From Mytilus edulis (Eukaryota): a stretch of 64,000 nt of DNA. The notes beneath the pieces are model-generated. The model ran no database searches. It saw only the letters and a list, made by a program, of their open reading frames with translations, and had not been told where the DNA came from. Below are positions 14,501 through 26,500 of the stretch, one piece after another (position 1 is the stretch's first letter; every line of letters starts with the position of its first letter). The stretch spans positions 21,638,001 to 21,702,000 of the forward strand of contig NC_092357.1 in assembly GCF_963676685.1 (NCBI RefSeq). The letters run 5' to 3'. The position numbers and the translations under genes are program-made.

Positions 14501-17500
14501 TTATCTTCTTTGATCATCTCCTACTTTTAACATTAAACTATACTATATCTATGCCAGTCTGATCCATTTAGATCCAAGCATTACATAATTATAGTATGTA
14601 TCAAGCTATTCAATGGTATAGATCAAACAAAATACATCCTAAAACTTTATTTTTTTTTAAATTTTCATCATTGGATTATTAAGAGTTACACTTGTTTTTC
14701 TTTTTCAGAAGAAGTTTCATCTGATTCAAATTTCAGATTGACAGGCTTGGACTTTTTTTTTAATGTTTACCTTTTTTTTTAGCTTCGGTCTGTTAGAGAG
14801 ACATTTTTACCTCAATAGTCCTTAATTAGTTAATGATTGATTGATTAGTTGGTGATTAACACCATTTTCAACACTAGTTTGTTATTTACTGGCAGTCAAG
14901 TTTTATTAATTGAGGAAGCCAGAGGGCAAGAGAAGAACCATTGTCCTTCAGTTGGAAAACTGACAATCTTAGTCAATCAAAACTAGAGTTGAATGCACCT
15001 CCCCTGTCATTTTCCTGTGCCGTATTCAAACTCATAACCTCAATGTTTACAGGCTAGTGATACAGAAGTTTCAGTGGTGGATCCAGAAATTTTCATAAGC
15101 GGGGGCCCACTGACTGACCTAAAAAAGGGGCCGCTCCAGTCACGCTTCAGTGATTCCCTATATAAGCAACCAAATTTTTTCCCATTTTTCCCAAAAAGGG
15201 GGGGGGGCGGCCCCCTGGGCCCTCCCCCTAAATCCGCCTCTGAGTTTGACTACTATAACCACACTACCACTTAGGCCCCAAATTTCTCAATGGAGAATAT
15301 TAATATATAGGGTTGTGAAAAATAGGGTAGGTGACAATAAACTCTAAACTTTTTTATTTTGGCGATATTCTGAATTATTTGTTCGTACTCGTAAAAGCTA
15401 CATGAATATTTTAGAGTCTTTGACTGCATGGAAATAGATCCAATTGTATATCATCATGATCATTCTGAAGGGAAGTAAAAGCTATGCATAAGTTGTTACA
15501 GATAAAACCAATTTTGATTGAAAAATAATTGCACAAACATGCAAATCTATTGAACAAAATCAAACTAATTACTAAAATACTGCATGAAATAAAGGTTATT
15601 TATTTTTAAAGTACTGTAAATTCAGAAATTTGTGCATTTGATTATTTTTATGATCATTGTTGAGCAGTAGAGAAAAATGCAAAATTTATTCCTTCCGTTT
15701 CAGAAAAAATAATTGGTCATGTTGGTGTGAAATTTTTAAATGAGAGAGGTGTCAAAATCTTATATATCCCTGTTTTCAAAATAATAAAACCCATCATAAA
15801 CATTTCAGAGATTTCAGTAAATAACCTCTTGCCTGCTGTATGCCACAATTACACTTACCAGTTATTTGACATTCAACATAGATAATGTCCCCTTCTATCA
15901 CTTCCACATTGCTTGGAGATTTTAGGAATTCTGGGACACCAGTTTGCTCTTCTCTGCAATATTAGTGATTGTCAAAGTTATTTTCATTTAATTACGTGTA
16001 AACAACTAAAGCATATAGATATAGGAAGATGTGGTATGAGTGCCGATGAGACAACTCTCCATCAAAATAACAATTTATAAAAGTAAACGTCAAGATACGG
16101 CCTTCAACACGAAGCCTTGGCTCACACCGAACAGCAAGCTATAAAGGGCTCCAAAAATTACTAGTGTATGTGCTCTTATCAGTAATGCTCCACATGTTTT
16201 ATTCTTTATTTCGTGACAATATAACTATTTTTTCTTTATTTTGTCTTTTCATGGTGTTTGAAGAATTGTATAAATGTTAAAACTTAAGCAAGTGAACAGC
16301 TCTTAATTCATTTCACAAATACAAAACAAAGTTTCAAAAAATTCCCACAGGAATAATTTTAAAACAAATCAACAATATTGATATAAAAGGCACATCTTAA
16401 TAGATGAATAAAAAAAATAAAAAATAATACATTTTAAAAAATTCCAAAATAGAACACCCTACATTCATGTAAGGTAAATGTGTAACTTTTCTAAATTACA
16501 TTAATGATGATGATTTTGAAAAATTCACTACAGATGAATGTTTTTGAAATTTTACTAAAAAAATGTTGGAGGTTTTAAAAAAATGGCAATTGTGCCCAAT
16601 TTACTTAGAAAAGTTGGAGAAATGTATTATAATTGTTCCGGACCATATGAGTTTTTGGACCATATGAGTACGCGTATGGTCATGACCATATGCCTATACT
16701 CATATGGTCCGACCATATGAGTATATACTTGTTTGGTTATTGATGGGCCGGACCATATGAGTATTTGGACCATACAGGTATTTTTTCAAATATGCATTAG
16801 AACCGTTTCAATAATAAAATAAACTTAAATAATCAAAGACAATTGTATTTTTGTCCATCTGATGAGTTAAGCCGTTTTCAACTGATTTTATAGTTCGTTC
16901 TTATGTTGTGCTGTGCACGACCCCTCGCAGTTACACTTTTTTGCTTTCGAGTTAAAGGTTAACCTTCTTAGCAGCTTCGTGCAGTAATACCCAGGTCTTT
17001 AGAAATTTTTGAAATCTTTTCAAATCGAAATCTTACCATTCTAGCGTAATGAAAAATCGCTAATAAGGTATGAAATGTGTTTACTATAGTTTTGAAAAGT
17101 GAGTAAAATCAAAAGCGTGAAACTGTTAATTTTTATTTAGTTAACCTCTTTATCATTATAATATATATATAATAAAATAACCTGTTATATGTCTTTTTAA
17201 TGACATGAACTGGAAGGGTCGTACCTTATGAAGAGTTAAGTATTTAAAACTGTAAACTTTGTAATTACCCCGACCATACGTGTACGGTCGGACCATACGC
17301 GTATGGTCGGACCATATGAGTATATACCCATACGGTCATGACCATACGCGTATGGTCTAAATACTCATATGGTCCGGAACATAATCACTTTACCATATTG
17401 CTCAAAGACTACAAAAGGTGAATCAGTTAAATTATTTGTTGATGATTCACTGTAATAATATGTGTATCTTTGGTGATTCAGTATAATTTTCTAACTGTCT

Positions 17501-20500
17501 TGGCATTTGTATTTATAAAATTTTACATTTTCTCATTTTGACACATCCAATAAGAACCATTAAAAAAATCTAGAGATCCAGAAATAGTTTTTACTTTTCT
17601 AAAACATAATATGCATTTATAAACATTAGATCATGCCTGAAAACTTTACCAGGTGCACAGGTTTGCATGTACCTAGTCCAAATAATTATGACGTCTTGAA
17701 AGGCTATTATAATTTTTTTCTTTGACGCCTTATGTAAGGCGTCAAAGAAAAAAATTATAATAGCCTTTCAAGACGTCATAATTATTTGGACTAGCATGTA
17801 CCCAGATAGTACATACTTTTTGTGGTGTTACGTGTAAACCATTTTTGTCAATTTCCTCTGATAAACATTGTGCTTTCTTGTATATTTGTTTGTCATCTCT
17901 TACTTCTAACTCCTTGATCATGTTGATAGTTTCTTTATAGGTAGTTTAGAGAAATGCACTGTCATGTGTTCAGAGATTTCTTGGAAATTTGGGAATGATG
18001 GGGAGTGGGGAGAGAAACGGAGATTGGTATCTCAAAACCAAGGAATTATTAGTCTACCAAGGATTTATACAAATTCCCCGGACAAATCCTTGGTCTTACA
18101 ACCACCGTATTGTAAATATATCAGCCAGGGACGGATCCAACCATATTTAAGAGGGGGTACCAAACTATTCAGTATGTTAAAAGGTAGCGTAAGGGTACCC
18201 AAATTGCACCGAGTACCCATATTGCACCTATTTAGAAAAAATAGCAACGGAAATCTTACAACATTTCCTAGAGACTAAACAATTTGTATTTTTTTGATTT
18301 GATATACTATGCACGTCTTTCAACATAGGTAAACATATTTAGATATATACGATACACAAAACGTTCACAGTATTTATCAACAGATGGACTGTTTACTGAA
18401 AAAGCAAAATGTTCGAAAACGTCACCGTACGACGTCATCAAAACGTCATCTTTTTTAAATTAGCAAAAACAATATATTATAAGTATCCATTTCGTAAAAT
18501 ATGAAGAGTAAGCATAAACTAATATCCAATTGTTCAAAATATTTGAAGAAATTAAACAAAAGCTCGGTTATTAGACTTTTGACGATGTGGATGCAATTTG
18601 GGTACTCCTCATTACAGAATCCTGGATAGTTAGTAGGTTGATTCAAACCCATTTTTTTATGGACTCAATATGGATTAAAAATCAAATTATTGTACCTATA
18701 CAATGAAGAAGGATAGGGCTACAAAATAAACACAGTGTGGACATATTTTACTTGATCATAAAAAAACGTAGGTGAAAAAACTGTCAAAATAGGTGCAATT
18801 TGGGTACCGTCACGTTACACAGTGGCATTAGGTAACCGTGGCATTATACTATACAGATTATCATCCGTCCGTCTGTTCGTTCGTTCGTCTACTGTCCAAA
18901 TTTTGTAAAAAAAACAAATGACAAAGTTTAACTATCTCCAAAAAAAACAATTATTAATAAAAAATTAAAACCCTAACCAAATACACAAAGGAAAGTGAAA
19001 ACTTCCTAGCCTTCATACTGTATAGGAGCAGTTATCCGGAAACGCTATGCACCTCTTATTATGCAAGTAATTACTCAAACAATTTCAACTATCTCCCAAA
19101 AGAGTAATTTTTTTATATCAATAAAAATCAACACTCTGACTTCAAGCAGACCTTTGAGACCAATATATGTTCACATAGCCATCAAAGAGAAAACTTTCTA
19201 TAGCACTTTTAAAAATACTAAAAAATGACAAAATTCAACAATCTCCCAAAAGAGCAAATATCAATAAAAATCAAAACCCTGACTATACATGCACATCTGC
19301 AATATATGTAGAAATAGCCAGTAAAGTGAAAATTTCCTGGCATTCAAACTGTAGGAAGAGTTATCTGGATAACTGTATTCCCATAATTGGACAGACGGAT
19401 GGACAGAAGGACGGACGGACAGGAGTAAAACAATATGCCACCAAACTTTTAGTTGCGGTGGCATACAAACTATTGTTAAAAGTGAACAAAAATATCAAAC
19501 ATGCTACATGCACAGATGAACAAGTTATCAGTATGCTGGAGTTTCTCGTTGACAGCTTATTTGTTGGATTTGGAGGTAGACGTTTCCAATAAATTGTCGG
19601 CATCCCTACAGGGAAAAAAACTGTGCGCTCTTATTTGCATATGAGTCGGAGTTCCTCCAGACACTTGTCAAAAACAAAAAGAACAAAGAAACCAGATCAT
19701 TTAATTTTACATTAAAATATGTTGATGGTGTTCTTTCCATTAACAATCCAAACTTTTCTGATTTGGTCCCATTGATATACAATGATATATCCTCAAGAAC
19801 TATGAGTTAAAAAAAAAAACATTTAGCTTCCTCCGCCTCAATTTTAGTCGAATACCCCGATTTTGTCATATCAGTACCAGAATTTATGACGAACGAGACA
19901 ATTTTAAAATTATCAATTTCCACACCTTAGTAGCAATATACCAACTTATACATTCCACAACTCATTCGGTATTCAGCTTACAGCTCATACCCAGATCTTA
20001 TGAAGCAGCTCCAGTGTCTGAGTAGAAAGTTGATGAACAATGGTTATGACAAAAAACGTCTCGTCAGCATTGTTTATCGACGGTTTAACCATGGAAAAAA
20101 ATCTAACAGACCAATCGAATTAAAGTTTTCGTAGCATGCAAGTCATATATGAGTTATTGTACCTTTGTTCATTGTTAAATTTGTCTTCTCTAACTGGTGA
20201 ATTTTTGGCACTTTTAACATAAACCCTTGTCTTTAGGATGTCATTCCCAGATGAATTGACGGCACATATTTCGTATAAACCAGCGTCCTCCTTCATACCA
20301 TACGGGATCTGAAGAGTCCACGTGTTTTTATCATTTTCAAGTGTTATCCCATCACAGATATCCAATGTTTCTCCATCTTTGAAAATAACAACTTCTGGTT
20401 CAGGAAAACCTAGATGACAAAACCTCTAAATTAAATGTACATGTACTGGATGTAAACATTATGTTTATCATTTAGAAATCAAAATTGTGAAAACATCAGT

Positions 20501-23500
20501 TGAAATTAATACAAAGAAATAAAAAAAAAACATGAAAAACTAACGACCGAGGAACACATACTAAATAACCGAATATGATAGCAGGTGCCCCTGAAGAATA
20601 AGTAGATCCTGCTCCTCATGTGACACCTCCTGGAAATTTGATATAGGAAAGTTTAGATAATAATATTTAAAGACTTTACAACCATTTCAGACATATCTAT
20701 TAAATGTCTATGCTATTCAACGCTGTATGCACGAGGACAGATTTGATACACACTTACAAATTTTGTGTTTGCTTGTTTATGGAGCCCCCTTAACCAACTT
20801 AAATTATGTATGCACTAGTATAAAGATGAAAAACTCTTATTTAGTGCCAACAGAATTTTACTTGAGTAACGAATAACCTTCTTTTCCCTTTTAGCCACAG
20901 TTACAAAACATCTGCAAAACATATTTTTGCTATCCTTGGGTCTGTAAGATTTTGGTTAAGAAATATATACCATTATGTTGTTATATCCAAAGTTCTCACA
21001 TTAATCTTTCAACTGTAAAAAAAACTGTGATTGTATTTTTTTAAACGACATAGTATGACATAAATTAAGGAAGTACAGGATTTACCACTTTTCAATTTTT
21101 ACAGCAAAATGCCTTCAGTGTGTACATTAAGGTAATATCTTTGGTTAGCTTGCTTGCTAGCTGAACCGTGAAATCATTTTTAGGTAAGGTATACTACCCT
21201 CCTGTTGGATTAGTGTAGTCCTACAGAAAGATAGGTTGGTTATCTGTCGGGTTAGTCTTCTATTTAAGGAAGGTAGTGTATCCAATTTAATAAGGACTTC
21301 AAGGTTCAGGTAGCAAGCAAGCCAACCAAAGATATTACATTTACCTACACATTCAAGGCATTTTGCTGTAAAACTATACATTTACCTGTTATGGTCCACT
21401 GAAGAATGATTTCTTCACTATCGATTGCTGTGATACTACTTGGTCCTTTCACAATTCGTGGTATTTGTTCCATTCCAGTTTCAATAGGTTGGTCAAAATT
21501 ACAAGGCTTGCTGAAACTTTGAAGAACATCTATATTTTGAAGGTTAATGCGTTCCACAACTCCATCAGTATCTGTAACAGTAAGATCAATCAACGATGGC
21601 CTCTTTGGTTTCTTAACGGTTTGTTCGTCCACAGACTCTGGGCTTAGAGTGTCGACTGATTCTGCAATTTGGGAAACGGTTCCCTCTTCGCTGATTGGGG
21701 ACAGTAAAATACGCGCATCCTTCCCAGGAACAACCGCCAGTATGTTGACGAAGTCATTGAAATCAACATCTTCTAATTCTGGCGGGGATGCATTCTGTAG
21801 TGTATTTGTTTCGGTTATAATACGGCCCATAAGGGACGCCAATGATTGGTTATCACCAATGAATAAAGTATTCGGCAGTGCGGGTCTTGTATCAGATAAA
21901 CTTTCTAGACCAATACTTTCGTCATAGATCTCGTCGGAAGCAGACATTGAATGCAGCTGTTGTAATTTTTCGATACCATGTCTTTTCTGAAACTCTTTAT
22001 CGTCGCATGTGATACCATGTTGTTCGTTATCACTAGTATCATTCATAATTATCTTATCATTAGATTTCTGGTTGTCATTCGCGCTATTTTTGTTGGTTTC
22101 CTTATCTTTTATCGTACTGTTCATTGGTGTATCTGATTCAACGTTTTTACAATCATTATCGTCTGAGAGTTCAGGGGACGTATTTTCTTCGACAATTGGT
22201 AGTTGTTGCTTTCTTGATGCGTCATTAATGACATATGTGCTCAGATCCAGTTGTTTCAGAATGTCACATCTTTCTTCCTCAATTTCTTCCACTGAAACAT
22301 CAGATTCGTCGTCTATGTATTCGTCGGAGGAATAAGGCGTATCTCTAAGATCAACTGTTAGCAGCTCTGATTCATCATTTTCATTATTTTTTCCTTGTTT
22401 TCTACAACTGTCATTTTCTTGTTCCCCAAGTGATCTAAATTTCTCATTATAATCCTGAAGGATTTTGTTACTTTGTTCAACTTGCCTTTGGTCATCATCT
22501 AGAGCAGAATGATTTGCTGGCATATCTTTACTTTTATCTAATAGTTGACCTTTCTTTTTATGTATATCACTGTCCTGACATTGATTGTTATCAAATTCAT
22601 TTTCACTCAATAACTCCATTTCATCAAGCGATTCGTTGATATCAATGTCAGCCAATATTTGCATTTTGTTGTCGTTGATAGAAAGAGATTTGTCGACATC
22701 AACATTAACCAATAGCTCACCCACCTGGTCTTTGTTAGGAGATTCATCAACATCAATATTCACAACAAGGCAATCAATTTTATCCTTTGTGTTGGTTGTG
22801 TCTGTTTCTATATCCAACAATATCGCACTTGATTTGTCCTTCTTATGAGATTCATCGATATCAATATCGGACACCAACTCACCAATTACATCTTTGGTAG
22901 GACATTTATCGTTATCAAAATCTGCCAATATACCAAATCTTTCATCCTTGTTAGACGAATCGTCGATATCAATATTTAACTCCAGTTCACCAATCTCATC
23001 TTTGGTTGGAGATTTGTCTTTATCAAAATCCGACAATATACCTATTATTTTATCATTGGTAAGAGAGTCTTTAATATCGATATCGGATACCAACTCACCA
23101 ATTACATCTGTGGTAGGATATTTATCGTTATCAAAATCCGTGGAAGTTCCAATGCCTTTATCATTGTTAGGCGATTCTTCAATATCGATATCAGACTCAA
23201 GTTCTCTTATCACTTCTTTGGTAGGAGATTTATCGTTTTCCAAATTCGACAAATTACCAATTTTTATATCCTTGTTAGGAGATTCATTGATACCAATATC
23301 AGACACCAGTTCACCAATAACATCTTTGGTAGGAGATTTATCGATATCAATGTCCGTCGAAATACCAACTCTTGTATTCTTGTTAGGAGATTCACCAATA
23401 TTGCTATCAGAAATTAGCTCAACAATCTCATCTTTAGTAGGAGATTTAGCGTCACCAAAATCGGACAATATACCAATCCCTTTATCCTTGTCAGGAGATT

Positions 23501-26500
23501 CATTGATACCAATATCTGACATCAGCTCACAAATTTCAACTTTGGTAGGAGATTTATCGTTTTCAATTTCCGTCGAGATTCCAATGTCCTTAGCCTTGTT
23601 AAGAGATTTTTCAACGTCAATATCAGACACCAACTCACCAATTATATCTTTGGTAGGAGATTTATCGTTATCAAAATCCGTCAATATACCAATTCTTGTA
23701 TCCTTGTTATGAGATTCGTCAAAATCAATATCGGACACCAACGCACCAATTACATCTTTGGTAGGAGATTTACCGATATCAATTTCTGTCGAAATACCGA
23801 TTCCTTTATCCTTGTTCAGAGATTTTTCGGTATCAAAATCAGACACTAATTCAGAATTAATACCCTCGTCATTCGATTCTTTTTCCTTGGTTTTGTACGA
23901 TTGGCGAGAATCTTCATCCTTGATTTCATTTTCTTGAATTAAGCTTGATTCTTTTCCATTTTGAATATCTTCGATGTGGTTGATAGTTTTTAGGTCGCCA
24001 ATCTTGCTAGGTTTCTCTCCAAATTTGCATAAGAAAAAAATCTCATCATCTATATCTTGATACGATAGAGCATCCAAGTTTGTCTCGGAAAGGCTATAAT
24101 CGTCACCACTTTCATACATGGACCAGCTTTCTGCCGACTGCAAAGAAAGTGTGTTACTCCTAGTTTCATCTAACATAGGTTTCTTTAAATGTAAATTCGG
24201 ACGAATCTCTGCTAAGATCTGTTGCTCTTCTTCGTCTGAATGAAACAAATGCTCTCCGTCATTGCTTCCATTGTCATTGGCCAAATCAACAATATCTTCT
24301 CCTGTGTTTTCGTCTGATTTAACGAACGTTATGTCCTTCGGTTTTTCGAAAGTCTTTTCCTCTAGAGTTGTTTTTTCGATGTCTCTACTACCTGTCTCTC
24401 GTAAGAGGTCAAGTTTTTCATACCCTGCAGCATTGATTTTATCATCACAACTCAAGTTTTCGGCAGTCTGGTTGTCTACCATTTCATCTTTTCCAGCAGA
24501 TTCACACATTTCATCTTTTCCAGCAGATTCACTAATTTCATCTTTTTCAGCAGAATCACACATTTCATCTTTTCCGATGCTGTCATGAATACCATTCCTG
24601 GCAAATTTACCGTCATCTGTTTTGTCTACATTCTGGTACGGAAAAGCATCAAAATTTGACTCTGAGAGTGTACAGTCATGACCACTGTCATAAACTGACC
24701 AACTTTCAGCCGAAAACGCGTTACTTGTGGAATCATCAAACAATTGCTTTTTCATGTGTAAGTTTGGACGAATTTCTTCCAGGATTCTGTGTTCTTCTTC
24801 GTCGGAATGAAAATTTTCCTCTCCATCATCCTCGCTGTTACTGTTTTCTGCTTCGAATTGAGGGTTCTTTTCTTCAATTGCATTTGGCTTTTGTTTTAAT
24901 TGATGATTTGTAATACCATCTATTAACCTGTCGTTAATATCGCTGGTTTTGGGATTTTGTACAAAGTTTTCAACCTCATTTTCATTCTCACATATTTGGA
25001 TAGGTTTGCAGTCAGTGCCTTCTTTATCGTCAACACCTTGATATCTACTTTTGTCAATGTAGTTTGAAGGCTGGTCGATATCCGATGTGATACTATTTTG
25101 ATCTTCCTTTTTCGAAGTACTTGAAGAAGTTTTGTTGTCGAAAGGGTCAACATTTCTACCAGATGGAGATACTTTATCATTGGGAATATTTTTCGTTGAT
25201 TCAAGCTCTTGATCATTTATTTCACGTCTTGTACATCTATCATCAAAAGGATCATCACAAGAGGGACTCTTTTTTGCACGTTTTTTATTATGTTGGTCTG
25301 AATATTTTCGAGATGACCTTCGTTTGTCTCCCATATGATCTACATCTTCATCTGATGATGGAGGAGAATAATCATCGTCTGCGATTCCGCTATCTCCTGT
25401 TAACCTCCTCGCGCGGTTGAATTCGTCATCTGCTTTAAGAAAACTTGCAAGCTCCTCCACAGTATCTTCCAGTCCGACTTGAAGATCTTCATCGTCACTC
25501 ACTTCATCGATAGATATTGTTACCTTACTTCCTTTGTTTTCATTTTGCTGTTTAATGGAACTACTCGACGAAAAATGACCGCTATCTGTTTCAGCTAAAT
25601 CTACGTCTTGTGCTTTTCCACTGTCAGCGATAGCTTTTCCGTCTAAATTATCGGTTTCAAGCATGGTGTCATTATTAGTAATATTATTAACTGACATATC
25701 AATCTTATTCTGGTCAGAACCAGGAAAGGAGATATTTCTCTTTCCATCTTCGACCGTAGCACTTCCAGTAGAAAGAACCTTCATAGATATCTGGCGGATA
25801 CCGTTTGCCGATAAAGAGCGATCAATTTGATCTATGCTAAGAAAATCATCCAAGTTTTCTGTTTTATCCAAGTTAGCTAGAACCAATGGTCTTTTGTTGC
25901 TATCTTTTCTGGAACCAGATTGATCGAAGGTCATTCTGTGGACTGTCAGTGTGTCATCAGTCTTGTCAGTATCTGTACCTACAAATAAGTGAATGCGTCA
26001 ATTAAATGTTTTATTGTCTTCAAGAGTCATTTAACCTTGACTTTTATTTTTATTTTACAGTCGGCATTCTTGTGTTTAAGTATATAAATTCTTCAAAGTA
26101 TAATGATGTACACGTGAGTAGTATAATATCTGTGATTTTTTTTTTAAATAATTGTTTTTTTGGAGCAGGGAAAATGTTGTAAATGGTAATCAGCTCAATT
26201 ATTTGTAAGCATGTTGTACTTTAAAGGTTAATAAAAAAAAATGCATCGATGTTAAATATAATTTTGTACAATTTGCAAATTTCGTAATGTAATTATATTA
26301 CCAGTTCTCAGAAAAAGGAAAAATGCTTTCCTCACAAGCCATGTGTATTATTCTTCTTTATAAAAAAATATTAATTTCCAGTCGGTTGGGCCCAAAATGT
26401 TTCTCAATCAATAGTTAAATTTATTTTCAGGCGTCGTGCTGTCTTGTCATAGTAACCTTAAATTAAGACAACAGTAGTAAACCGGTGTTCAAAAGTCATA

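Noticed and set aside
21547-24588. Plus-strand Ser/Leu/Ile-rich ORFs (e.g. 22894-23712, 272 aa)
   Set aside because: They are antisense shadows of the Asp/Glu-rich repetitive exon.
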